Both the position numbers and the translations under genes were made by a program. The notes under the pieces were generated by a model, which did not search any database, was not told the origin of the DNA, and worked only from the letters and a program-made list of their open reading frames with translations. From assembly GCA_951406725.2 (NCBI GenBank), contig OX597817.1:111786001-111850000 (forward strand): a DNA stretch of 64,000 bases, given 5' to 3'. This stretch comes from Octopus vulgaris (taxonomy: Eukaryota). Below, in pieces: positions 51,201-64,000 of this stretch (within the stretch, counting starts at the first letter, position 1; every line of letters starts with the position of its first letter).

Positions 51201-52814
51201 CTTAGTAAATTAAGCAAATGCTTTCTATTATAGCCTCGGTCCTACCAATGCTTTGTTATTTGGTGAACCAAGACATATTAATATACAAATATGTGTCTGA
51301 ATTGAGACTGCTTGTCCAGAAGTCATGCCTGTGGATTACATAAACAATATGTCCTGTAGTTTGACATGCAAAGATAAGTGAAAGAAAGTACCTTACTTAA
51401 AATTCTACCTGAAGAAATCTCATCCAAACCATGCATTCAATATTTAAAAAATAAAACATTTACAGGATTGGTGACAGGAAGGGCAGCTGGGCATAGAAAG
51501 TTTAACTCAGTGAACTCTGATCCATGCAAGCATGGAAAAGTAAACAATGACGCAGGAGTGGCTGTGTGGTAAGTAGCTTGCTTACCAACCACATGGTTCT
51601 GGGTTCAGTCCCACTGCATGGCATCTTGGGCAAGTGTCTTCTGCTATAGCCCCGGGCTGACCAATGCCTTGTGAGTGGATTTGGTAGACGGAAACTGAAA
51701 GAAGCCTGTCGTATATATGTATGTGTGTGTTTGTGTTTGTGTGTCTGTGTTTGTCCCCCTAGCATTGCCCGACAACCAATGCTGGTGTGTTTACGTCCCT
51801 GTCACTTAGCGGTTCGGCAAAAGAGACCGATAGAATAAGTACTGGGCTTACAAAGAATAAGTCCCGGGGTCGATTTGCTCAAGTAAAGGCGGTGCTCCAG
51901 CATGGCCACAGTCAAATGACTGAAACAAGTAAAAGAGATATATATATGTATGTGTGTGTGTGTGTGTATACATTTGTGTGTCTGTGTTTGTCCCGCCACC
52001 ATCGCTTGACATATGATATTGGTCTGTTTACATCCGGGTAACTTAGCAGTTCAGCGAAAGAGACCAATAGAATAAGTACTATGCTTACAAAGAATAAGTT
52101 CTGGGGTTGATTTGTTTGACTAATGGCGGCGCTCCAGCATGGCCATAGTCAAATAACGGAAACAAGTAAAGAAAAAAAAATGAAATGATGACAGTGATAA
52201 GAGTACTAATCTCTATACATCAGAATGATGCCATGATTCATACTTTTATGCAGGTATAGTATTGGCCATGTGGCTAAAAAGATTGCTTCTCAACCACATG
52301 GTTTCAGGCCCAGCTCCACTATGTGGCACCATGGGTGAGTGCCTTCTACCAATAGCCCCAGGCTGAACAAAGCCTTATGAGTGGCTTCAGTAAGAAACTG
52401 AAAGACGTCTATTGTCTGTATATATATATATATATTTATTCTTTTATACTTTTACTTGTTTCAGTCATTTTTTACTGAAACCATGCTGGAGCACCATCTT
52501 TTTTGGTCAAAGAAATCAAGCCCAGGACGTATTCTTTGTAACCGTAGTGCTTGTTTTATCAGTCATTTTCACTAAACCACTAAGTTATGGGTACTTGAAT
52601 ACACCAATATCGGTCATCAAGTAATGGTGGGAGGCCAAACACAGACACACACATATGACAGGCTTCTCTCAGTTTCTTCTGTCTATTAAATCCACTCACA
52701 AGGCTTTAGTTGGCCCAAGGCCATGGCAGAAGAGACACTTGGCCAATGTGTCATAGTGGGACTGAACCCGGAACCATGTGGTTGAGAAGCTTCTTATCAC
52801 ACAGCCACGCCTAA

Positions 52815-52847
<33 letters not shown>

Positions 52848-55800
52848 TTCTTTATTGCTCACAGGGGGCTAAACATAGAGGGGACAAACAAGGACAATGG
52901 GATGAAGTTGATTACATTGACCCCAGTGCATAACTGGTACTTATTTAATCAACCCCAAAAAGGATGAAAAGCAAAGTCAACCTCAGCGAAATTTGAACTC
53001 AGAACGTAATGGCAGATGAAATACCGCTAAGCATTTCGTCCAGTGTGCTAACAATTCTGCCAGTTTGCTGCCCTTATACATGCATATATATATATATATA
53101 TGGTGGGTGTACATGTACATATATATGAGTATGTGGTTGTGTCTCCGTGTCTTGACACCACACAATGGTCGTAAATGAACATCACCAACATACAAGTGGT
53201 GTCTTTCATTTCCAGTTCTCCATGAAAACATTTTCTGGCATTGGGAAATATTACCCTGCTTAGAAACAGGTGAAAGTTGGTGACAGAAAGGGCATCCAGT
53301 TGTAGAAAATTTATCTCATTGAATTCTGTCTGACCAATGTGAGTATGGAAAAGTAGATGCTAAAATGACAACAATAAGATTATAACAATTGCAGCGTAGA
53401 AGGTGTTTGTAAGCCATTTAAGATTAAACTTAAATATTGAAGTGAATCGAACGGCTTTTGTGTGTTTCTTAAATGGCTTACAAACACCTTCCATGCTGCA
53501 ATTGTTTTCGTTTCAGCACATGATCTCAGATCAAATCACTTGCTATGCAGGTACATCTCCGTAAATAAGATTATAATTTTTCAGTATGTCAATATCATTT
53601 TTAGACATGAAGTGATTTTTTAAAAATATATATATATCTATACATAGTTTTAATTGGTTTGATCTCTACCATCACATGTCATATTCCTGGATGTGTACAT
53701 CTTGATTTCAACGTAGGAACTGTTATTTTTGTAAATTAAGATTATTAACACACTCATGAACTAGCTATTGATGCATTAATAGACATTTAACTGATTTGGT
53801 GGATTTAAAAATTAAAAAAAAAAAAAAAAGGAATGTAAAAATACTTACTAAAAAATAAGATGATGCTTTAACAGTGAAATTTTCAGGAAGACTAAGACCA
53901 AGAACAGCTGAAAATATATGAACAATGGTCAATTTAAAAATAAAATTATAAATTATGTCAAATAACTTTGAATAATAAAAAATAACCTTTGAATGTATTC
54001 AGCTACAAACAAATTCATGATTTATATTATAATCTATAGTTGAAACTGCCATTACAAATTATATTTGCATCCAGCCATAGAAACCTAGCCAAATCAGATG
54101 GGAATCTGATGCAGCTTACCAGTTTCAGTCAAACTGTTCAACCCATGCCAGTATGGAAAGTAGATGCTAAATGTTGATGATGATGCCATTTAGTAGCTCA
54201 AAGTTGGTTTCTTTTGTTTTTTTCTTCACATTTTTCCCAAGTTAATATGAGTGTGTTGGCTTCTGAAAAACTTTGACAGTTGCAAGTTGTTTAAGCAAGT
54301 ATTTTTTTTTTTTATCTTAGATGTTGTTCTTATCATTAATTCATATATGGACAAGAAGTGAGGCCACATGGCCCAGTGGTTAAGATGTTGCACTCACTAT
54401 CACAAGATTGTGGTTTCAGTTCCAAGACCAGCAGTGCATGGTGTTTTTGAGTGGAACACTTCAATTCACGTTGGTCCAGTCCACTCAGCTGTAAATGAGT
54501 AACCCTGCAACAGATTGGCGTTCTGCTCAGAGGTAATGTTGGTAGGGTGGCATCATTCAAAAGTTACAACAATGTAAGGGTGTTGTGACCAGCAGTGTAT
54601 AATAACACCTGATAATCAAATCAATACAATGATATGAACAAGGAGTTGACAATAAAGTCAGATAGGTTGACTCAAGCAGCAAATCACTGGATTTCCCCAA
54701 AATCACTTTCTACTCTGTGAAATCAGCTTCAATACAGTGTAAAAATTATATATATAATAAAAATATGTATTATTATAATAATAATATATAATTTTAAAAA
54801 TATATTCTTTCTGCTATAGACACAAGGCTTGAAATTTGAGGGGAGGGAGATAGTTGATTACATCGACTCCAGTACTGAGCTGGTACTTATTTTATGGACC
54901 CCAAAAGAATGAAAGGCAAAGTCAACCTTGGCGGAATTTGAACTCAGAACACGAAGACAAAATACTGCCAAGCATTTCACTGGATGTGCTAACGATTCTG
55001 CCAGCTTGCTGCCTAACTTTTGCTTTTTTTTCTTCAAAAATCTCAAACTTAGTGAACTAAGTAAAGTACAAGTAGGATTATAATGGCAAACTGTTGTTCA
55101 TGCACTGTATGGATTTTATTGCGTATTCCTTCATAAGTAATATTAACTTTCATAATAATTTCAATAAGATTATTTACCCGTTTGAAATAGACTGTCAATG
55201 TCAAAATTTCCTTGTTCACAAATCAAATGACGAGACTTTTTGATTACCTAAAATGAAGTAAAACAAAATGCGAAATGAAAAAGTATGTTATAATAGTTGA
55301 CAAAAATCTGCCTATTGCTTTTTGTGACAGTTAACATTTTTGAGAATTAAATGGGAAATTAATTGAGGTTTCTCTTCTATTTCAACTTTCTGTCCAAAAC
55401 TACAAGTCAGATGGAATGAGTTTGAGTATGTATTTCCTGGTACATTATGTATTCAAAAACATACTTAATCTTGCTGTAAAGACTGATTCTGGTTAAAGAT
55501 ATTTTTTTACTTTTATACTGGGCCTGAAGATATTCTAAACAAACACAACTGTAATAGTCTGATTTATAATTACATGCTCTCATTGACTTTAATTTTAAAT
55601 AAAAACAACTGTCATAACAAGACTGAGAATATTTACATATATAAAATAAATTATATCACATGCAGTATGGTAAAAGGCATCGCTAACTTAAGTTCTCGTC
55701 AAACTGTTACCAAATTCAAAATAAACAGGTGTCTTGTCTAAATTCAAAAAGCATGTGAATCAAGAATATTAAGCTTGATAAGAATATCAGTAAATTTATA

Positions 55801-56975
55801 TGATAGTCAACACACAGGAATGGCTGTGTGGCTAAGTTTGCTTTCCGACTACATGATTTCAAGCTCTCTTCTGTACAGCATCTTGGGCAAGTGTCTTCAA
55901 CTGTCACCAACCAGAGTGAATGTGTTAAGTGCTAAGTATATTAAACCCTTTATATATATATATATATATAAAACAACACAAAGAAAATGGAGAATGTCTA
56001 CAATAACCAATATATTTATTACTAGCACAGATAACTGGCATTGCTCGGGATTAAAAGAGCATAGTTTTTTATTGTTTTACTTGTTTCGTTCATGTCATTG
56101 CAGACATGCTGGAGCATCCCCTTTAGCTGAAGAAATCGACCCCATGATTTATTCTTTGTAAGCCTAGTACTTACTCTACTGGAGTGTTTTCCTAAACAGC
56201 TAAGTTTTGGGGATGTAAGCACAGCAACATTGGTTGTTAAGTGATGGTGGGAGGGGTGTACAAATACAGACACACACATGGGCCCACAGATTTTTAATAT
56301 TCTCCCAAAGAGCCTGAGGAAGCTGCACAAAGCAAATGTAACCATTTTTAAATCAAGGCTGCATTTCTTCCTGTTGAGAGTCCCAGATGAATCTACCTCA
56401 CAAAAAGAGGTGCAAATGAGGATAGCTCCATGAAACTTCATTCTTCACCAACTACCACATATTAGAGGAGGATCTCAGTAATAACAGTGTAGCAAAACGG
56501 TGGTGCTCCACCATGGCCACAGCTCTGAACAGAAATTACAAAAAAAAACAACAACAAATATATATATATATATCTCATATATATACATATATATAAATAT
56601 ATATATCATATATATATATACATATAAATATATACATCATATACATATATACATATAAATATATACATCATATACAAACAGACACACACACAAACATATA
56701 TATACATATACTATAATATATACATGTATATATCATCATCATCATTTAACATCCGCTTTTCATGCTGGCATGGGTTGGACGATTTGACTGAGGGCTGGCG
56801 AACCAGATGGCTGCACCAGGCTCCAATCTTGATCTGGCAGAGTTTCTACAGCTGGATGCCCTTCCTAACGCCAACCAATCCGAGAGTGTAGTGGGTGCTT
56901 TTACGTACCACTGGCACGGGGGCCAGTCAGGCGGTACTGGCAACGACCTCGCTTGAATGTTTTTACATGTGCCAC

Positions 56976-57010
<35 letters not shown>

Positions 57011-57781
57011 TCTTTTACTTGTTTCAGTCATTTGACTGTGACCATGCTGGAGCACCACCTTTAGTCAAGCAAATCGACCCCAGGACTTAGTCTTTGTAAG
57101 CCTAGTACTTATTCTATAACACATGATGTAATTCTCACTGAACTTTGCACAGGTTATTCTTATTCTAGCCACTACACTCTCAGAGCAACCACCCCCACAA
57201 CAAACTTGGTGGCCTAGGTAGCAGAAGCTATTAACTGCTTCTAGTTTCTTCCCATGACATGTGATGGAATCTGTTTTCTGTACACCTTCAGTGTTTATTG
57301 GCCCTGTGCATCTGCCACACACAAAAACTATCTTCCCGGTTAACTTTCCTTTGATATTGCTGCACCTTTTATGTGTCCATAGCTTACACCAGGTACATCA
57401 TATGGACTTTCCCCCCATGCCTTTTCTACAGATCGAGTAGGGCCATCTACCTGAAGGGGTTTGTGATTTGTCAGCCTTCCTACTTACTAAGACTTTGGTT
57501 TTTGCTAGGTTAACCCTAAGGCCCATCAATTCTAGACCTTGCTTCCAAACCCTAAACTTCATCTCTAGTTCTGGCAGTGACTTGGCTATTAGAGCAAGGT
57601 CATCAGCACAGAGGAGCTCCCAGATCAAAATATGGACAACTTCAAGAGTGTAAGGTACTAATTATCGGAAAAAAACCCAACTGATAAGCACTAGTACATA
57701 TGCACATATGGAATTGATATGGAGCTAAACTTGTGTACACTTGGGTAAATATCCTTAGGAAAGAACAACTTCTTTCCACAG

Positions 57782-57842
<61 letters not shown>

Positions 57843-60800
57843 CACACAGACAGACAGAGGGAGGTTATGAGAGGTAATGGTGTCAATAAGACCCAAAGGT
57901 GTCAGGTAATGCTGAGTAAGTGCTATGGATAGACCATAAATGCTTAACTGTTTCCTACATTGTCTCCAATGAAGGAATATAATAAATATCCTGGATACAG
58001 CTGTAAGACCTCCTATTTACAAATGTTCTAAAATCTTCACAGCCTTGGTTTTTTGATCTCATTCTGAAAATAATTTTTTTAGGAGTGGCTGTGTGGTAAG
58101 TAGCTTGCTTACCAATCACATGGTTCAGGGTTCAGTCCCAGGTTCAGCCTTGTGAGTGGATTTGGTAGACAGAAACTCAAAGAAGCCTGTCGTATATATG
58201 TATATATATATATGCGTGTGTGTGTATGTTTGTGTGTCTGTGTTTGTCCCCCTAGCATTGCTTGACAACCGATGCTGGTGTGTTTATGTCCCCATAATTT
58301 TAGCATTATCATCAGTCATTTTGCATTTAAATGAAAATCCCTTATCTAAATTACAGGTGAGGGTGAGTAACAGGAAGAGCATCTGACTGTAAAATCCATC
58401 CTCAAAACCAATTCCATTTAAGCCTTGATTACATGGAAAATCAGACATAAAACAAACTTCAAACTTTAATCATGACTTCAAACTTTAATCATCTTAATTT
58501 CCAATCCAAAATAATCTTCACAGCAATATTGAATATATTTCATAAGATAAACAACTTTGTTTCATGTCGTTTTCTCTGAGTAGAAATTATTTATGAGTTG
58601 CTAACCACACTAAATGAGATATATAAATTTTACATATTGATTAATATATTTTCAGTTTAATATTTCTAAATAGAAAATTTCAATTATAAATATCTGTAAA
58701 AATAAATTACCTGAGCCCAAAGATTCATAAGACCTTCAACAATATCAGTATGTTCTCGAAATTCTGAAAACAATTCTCAGTAATTACATTTTAAGCTAAA
58801 AATGGAACATCACATTTGACATACAGTAATTTTTGCTTTAAAAATGCTACATTTTTTAAAAGTGTAAAAATTGTTTTGCTCTTAACATTATAGTGCCAAG
58901 ATATTTAAACTGAATATACTCTCGTTAATCCCAAGCATTTAGTCTGTGGTCGTTTTTCTTATGTAACAATATAATATTAGCTTATAGCAGTTTTCAGAGT
59001 AACCTTCCTATATGGATCTGAAAGTTAAGGAAAAGAGGAATCTACTCACAAACAGATGCTACTTAATCAGAATAATTTTTCCCTTACATTTTCTTTGTTA
59101 ATATAGAAAGATGAATTTTTGTTTCAATATATTTGTCAGCGAATTTGGAAGTAATTAAATAAATTAAAATCTTATTAGAAAAAACATCTTTCCATTTGAA
59201 TAAATTACATTGAAGACAAAGCAACAAAATAATTGTACTTACCAATTTGCAATAGTGCCAGGCTTTGGGAAGTAAGAACTGCTAAAAGTTCTTTGACTGA
59301 AGATTTGAGACTTTCATTATGATGGAACATTAAAATTATCTACAACAGAAACAAAATAAGCAACATTTTAAAATGTGTCCAACCATGAGCAAACTGTGAA
59401 AAAAAATTCAGCCAAAAGATGTAAACTTGAGGAAGAAAAAGGCCTCTACTTTTATTCCAGGATTTATTTACATTTTCATAAGATATCTTCCATTAGTTTT
59501 CACTTCTTTTAAAGAAATAGCAGATACATTTGCTTGCTCTATCCATCTTGACCACACCATTATTAAATAGGTGGTGCACATTTTAAGAACCATGGTTATG
59601 TAGTTGTGGAATATTTTTCAACTAAATAAATAATTCTTATTTCTTTACTGCCCACAAGGGGCTACACAGAGGGGAGAAACAAGGAGAGACAAATGGATTA
59701 AGTCGATTATATCGACCCCTGTGCGTACAAGGATGGAAGGCAAAGTTGACCTTGGCGGAATTTGAAATCAGAACGTAACGGCAGATGAAATACCACAAAG
59801 CATTTCGCCCAGCTTGCTAACATTCCTGCCAGCTTGCCGCCTTGCTAAATAATTCTATTACATCAAACATTCAGATAATTCCTATGTCAATATTGAAATC
59901 TGCAAGGGCAAAAAATCCCTGTCCCATCTATGCAATAAAAATAAATAAATAAATATCTATTTGATACATTTTCTAGATTCCATCATGTGAAAGTTTCTTC
60001 AAAATTAAATTAACAATATTTAAACAAATTTATATAAGAAAGTTGTTGATATGAATGGAACTACACAAACACTTACATGTTTTGCCAAGCTAAGGATGCA
60101 AGAATGAGGAAAAGTGTGACATATGTGAATCAATATCTGGAATGTGTCTTGTGCTATTGGAGCAAATCCATCCATGAGAACTCTAAGTGCTTTCCTAAAT
60201 AACTCACAGATTGCCTGAAATAGAAACAGAAAGCAGCAAATTGATGATTAAGTTCATTTACAGAATTTTACTAAATGAATTCTAACAATAAATATGAACT
60301 GGAACTCTTTAGCATTCAGTTTACTCTGTCAAATGTAATGCTTATATATTCACATTGTTGTGAATTAATCATTACCTTGGAGCTTTAAGACTTTGATGAT
60401 GTGATTGTTTATTTTTAGAATGACATTGTAAGGTAGGTGTAAGAAATCAGATATAGACAATTTGAACTTAAAACATGAAGAATATTTGAGCTGGATGTGG
60501 CCAATTTAAATGCTAAAGAGTTCAATTTTGAAGAGAAAGAGCAGTGTACTGGTTTACAAATGAATTGCAATTGTGAATATACTTATTCAAGTGAAAATTT
60601 GTATCCACCAAAAAATTACCAAAATACTAATATATAAATTGTTTTTTAGTTAGTTTTTTTTTTTGTAAGTAATGATGGACAAAAAGTCTGAGCAAGGATT
60701 TAAAACCAAGTATTTTTTAAAAATGTAATAATTTAAGACATAGAGATGGACTTCATGAGATAAAAACTATTGCAAATGATATATTTTTCAAAATGTTTTC

Positions 60801-62547
60801 TGCTATTGCAGAAAAATATTTGTCCCTTAAGTATTTTATAAAATTTGATGGTATAATTATGTATTTCACATTTCGCTTATAGCTAAAAACCAAGTATGAT
60901 TGTAAATGATATTTCAAGTTATTCTTTTACTTGCTTCAGTCATTTAACTGTGGCCATGCTGGAACACAACCTTCAGTTGAACAAATCAACCCCAGGACTT
61001 ATTCTTTGTTCTCTTTTGCCAAACTGCTAAGTTACAGGGACGTAAACACACTAACATCGGTTGCCAAGTGATGTTCGGGGAACAAATAGACACGCAAACA
61101 TATCATCATTTAATGTCTGTTGTCCATGATGGCATGGGTTGGACAGTTTGACTGGGCTGGCATTCTGGAAGGCTGCAAAAGATTCTAGATTGATTTGGCA
61201 TGGTTTTCTACGGTTGGATGCCCTTCCTAACACCAAACATTCCGAGAATGTAATGGGTGCTTTTACATGCCACCAGCACAGATGCCATTTGCGTGACACC
61301 GGGGTGCATTTACATGCCACTGGTACAGGTGCCAGCTTGCATGACACCAGTATCTGTCATGACTGTGAAATTGCTTGGCATGAAGGGTCTTCTCAAGCAT
61401 GACAAAATGCCAAAGGTCTTGGTCATTGCCTCTGTGAGGCTCAACACTCGAAATGAATTCTGTCACTTTGCGTCCATGAGGCCCAACACTCGAAAGGTAC
61501 TCAGCCACTTTGCCACCATGAGGTCTGATGTTCAAAAGACGTTCTTTACATGTCACCAGCACAGGTGCACTTGGCTTGATGAGTCCTCTCAAGCGCAACA
61601 TATTGCCAAAGGTCTCAGTCACCAGTCACAGCCTTTGTGAGGCTCAAAGTTCAGAAATCATGCTTCACCACCTCGTCCCATGTCTTCTTGGGTCTACCTC
61701 TACCACAGCTTCCCTCCACAGTTAGAGATCAGCACTTCTTTACACAGCTGTCCTCGTCCATATGCATCACATGACCATACCAGCACAGTTGTCTCTCTTG
61801 CACACCACATCTAATTCCCCTTATGCCTAACTTTTCTCTCAAGATGCTTACACTCTTTCGAACATGCATACTGACATTGCACATCCAGCGAAGCATACTG
61901 GCTTCATTTCTTTCAAGTCTGCACATGTCCTTGGCTGTCATAGCCCATACTATATATATACACGTTGTGCTTCTTTCAGTTTCCGTCTATCAAGGCTTTG
62001 GTCGGCCCAAGGCTATAGTAGAAGACACTTGCTGAAGGTGCCACACAGTGGAACTGAACCCGGAACCATGAGGTTGGGAAGCAAGCTTCTTACCACACAG
62101 CCATGCATTTTTTTTCTTCTAAATTTGAATGTAGCATTCTCTCACACTCCAGGCCAACATTATCCTAAAAGATCAGGTTTAACTGCTCTAATACATCATA
62201 TATCTACACATAAATACAACTTTTTCAGAATAGAATATTCTTCTTGAGATTACTGCCTATTGCTATTTTTCTTTCTTTTCTGGATAGATAACTTTAAATA
62301 TTGTATTAAACTACAGCTGTTAATTCTCCACTATTTTGTTTTAACTTACCTACTTTTCTAGCTTTATCTTTGTAATATAGTTTCTTTAATTGTAGGAAAA
62401 GAAGATGCACTTATTGTCTATCTTATATAATGTTTATAAAATAAACAAAGATACAATATACATTACCTGAATCACAGTGGCATCTGTAATCCATTTTGTT
62501 AATATACTTTGCAATATTGGTGCAATATGCTGCATTATAACTAGAAC
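48244..62547 (-). CDS. IPO13: Importin-13, last nine coding exons (5' part lies beyond the window)
   Basis: Exons 62467-62547, 60077-60214, 59243-59339, 58711-58763, 55178-55247, 53849-53907, 50267-50356, 49219-49400, 48244-48358; GT-AG introns with consistent phases. Peptides ILTKWITDATVIQ/AICELFRKALRVLMDGFAP, REHTDIVEGLMNL, LPENFTVKASSYF, YADVLLALNK and RERVNRRRVRELVKEYSMQCRGLFGTEY match the recalled IPO13 C-terminus (RERVNKRRVKEMVKEFTLLCRGLHGTDY). Confidence 0.95.
50770..51148 (+). mobile_element. SINE family B, head-to-tail dimer
   Basis: Unit ggtatttcgtctgccgttacgttctgagttcaaattc...aataaagaaata occurs twice (50786 and 50977). Confidence 0.85.
51551..52172 (+). mobile_element. SINE family A with duplicated 3' tail module
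   Basis: Full copy to ~51937, then the tail module repeated at 51975-52172. Confidence 0.88.
52448..52812 (-). mobile_element. SINE family A, reverse orientation
   Basis: Reverse complement of the family A sequence. Confidence 0.8.
52846..53075 (-). mobile_element. SINE family B, reverse orientation
   Basis: Reverse complement of the 50770 unit; further copies at 41465-41665, 54805-55015 and 59635-59842. Confidence 0.8.
53384..53506. repeat. 40-bp inverted repeat within an insertion flanked by a 13-bp direct repeat
   Basis: Arms 53384-53423 and 53467-53506 differ at two positions. aataagattataa occurs at 53373-53385 and 53564-53576. Confidence 0.85.
56560..56725. repeat. TA/CA-rich ~30-bp minisatellite
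   Basis: Repeated atatacatatatacatataaatatatacatc units. Confidence 0.75.
57130..57625 (-). mobile_element. RTE-clade LINE reverse transcriptase fragment
   Basis: WELLCADDLALIA..GLRVNLAKTKVL and LEAVNSFCYLG..VVARIR. Confidence 0.88.
58081..58300 (+). mobile_element. SINE family A, internally deleted and 3'-truncated
   Basis: Head matches 51555 onward. Confidence 0.82.
60303..60523. mobile_element. piggyBac-type MITE, second family (other copies ~38220-38426 and ~40662-40845)
   Basis: Inverted ends aactctttagcatt / aatgctaaagagtt. Shared internal blocks aaatgtaatgcttat and aatgacattgta..gtaggtgt. Confidence 0.7.
61100..61945 (-). mobile_element. RTE-clade LINE 3' end with short internal tandem repeats
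   Basis: RLERNEASMLRWMCNVS..LREKLGIRGI..WYGHVMHMDEDSCVKKC. ~43-bp repeats (tgaggcccaacactcgaaa) at 61434-61530; (atg)n tail. Confidence 0.88.
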
Positions 62548-63771
62548 CTACAAAGAGAACAACAATATTAAAAATAAGTATGATTCTATGATAAATACAT
62601 TAATAATGGTTTCAAAGTTTGGCATAAAGCCAGAAATATTGGAGGATGGGCATAAGCCAATTATATTGACCCTAGTGCTGAACTGGGATTTATATTTCAG
62701 AAACTGAAAGTGGCTGAGTTATGTACCAGATACAACACATTGGCTATTGTAAGGTTTGAACTCATGGCCAGTAATTTTCTACTTTACTCTTTTCTTGAAT
62801 TTTTATCAATTGCAATATGTTAGCTATTTACTTCATCCTGCATGTATCTTTTTTTATTACTATCTAAATTATAAAATGAATGCTATAGAGATTATTTTCT
62901 ATCAAAATGTAAAGCAAAAGAGAATCCATCAAAAGTATGATTTGCCCACATCTTTGACAGACTTGAAAGACCATTCTAAGATACTCTGTAATTTATTGAT
63001 ATCATTCAGAAAGCTCAAAATTATTCAGAAAATATACTACACTATATACGATTCAAATCTAATTATTTTACTGATTAATCCATCCAGGAAAACCCTTATG
63101 TTGATTTGTTTCATATATATATATATCTGTTTAGTCAAAGAGAAGTGGTGGTGCTTCTATGCTAATTTGCCATGATCTATTTGATCCTGACTGATACATT
63201 ATTTTTACATGTTACATCTGGCTGAAATTATATGGTACTAGCTTACTGGCCAAATTATTGACTTAATATTACTCAACTTTCATTTACCACTCTGCCTAAC
63301 TGTAAGTAGTAAAAGATAGTCCACTGTTGTAAGCAGTGAGGGAAATGATATAACTGATGATTGTTAATATGCATCATTACATTAGCTGAAGAAATGCAAT
63401 AGAAAGCCAGGCCAATATATCCAACCTTAAATCATTAGATAATAAAGCCTTTATGTGATACTCAACAGTCATTATGCTCCAGCCTGATAGTGATTCTTGC
63501 TAAGGTATTATCTTTCCATTTGCTCCATTTGTCTGATTAGATAATTTCAGCCAATAGTAATGAGTATAAAAATGATGTAATAAAGTATATTATTACATTC
63601 ATTCAAGAACTATTTTTTCATTCATGTATTTATAACAGCTAAAAAAAAAACAAGTATGGAGATGGGTGTTTCCTGAATATTAAAATTATCAAATAATTGA
63701 ATGTCACAATTATCTACAGATTCAGTAAACTTCATTTCACAACTTCTCAAGTTCAATAGAAAGAGTAAACT

Positions 63772-64000
63772 TTAACCCTTTCGTTACTATATTTCTGACC
63801 AAAATACACCCCTTATGTGTTTCAATTAATTTCTAACATAATCATGAATTTAGTCTGGTTTCATTAAACAACTATAACTTTTTTATTTATCAATATATTA
63901 ATCTGATTTTTGGAAGATAATTTAATGAAATGTTCTCAACCAATTCTATACTATAATTTTTGTCACAAAGTGACTCTAATTGCAGGTAGATACAGGTAAA
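63772..64000. mobile_element. piggyBac-type element, left end (runs off the window)
   Basis: ttaaccctttcgttactatatttctg matches the left end at 11394. Confidence 0.65.

Noticed and set aside
61380-61650. Spaced ~43-bp repeats, superficially CRISPR-like
   Set aside because: Degenerate tandem units inside an RTE 3' UTR, with no unique spacers, no cas genes and a eukaryotic context.
62756-63175. 139-aa plus-strand ORF
   Set aside because: Non-ATG start, AT-biased composition, antisense within an IPO13 intron, no motif.

Overview
AT-rich, repeat-dense animal genomic DNA, most likely an octopus (inferred from the SINE families, microsatellites and a multi-finger C2H2 gene). It holds four protein-coding genes: a 13-finger C2H2 zinc-finger gene (+, 2452-3678); a diverged FAM47-like gene (+, main exon 23434-24339); ribosomal protein RPS12/eS12 (+, 5 coding exons 34959-43273, with a TOP/TCT promoter); and the last nine exons of importin-13 (-, 48244-62547, gene continues past the window end). 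The strongest unexpected feature is an amplified array of SNORD100-like box C/D snoRNAs in the RPS12 introns: four intact copies and three decayed ones, six of the seven in a single intron. Other notable items are Penelope-type minimal hammerhead ribozyme motifs (one next to a GIY-YIG remnant inside RPS12), a foldback mariner, chimeric or scrambled Helitrons, and a decayed Tx1/L1-like LINE. RTE fragments, hAT and piggyBac MITEs and many tRNA-derived SINEs fill the rest. All homology calls are by eye and from recalled sequences; no search was run.
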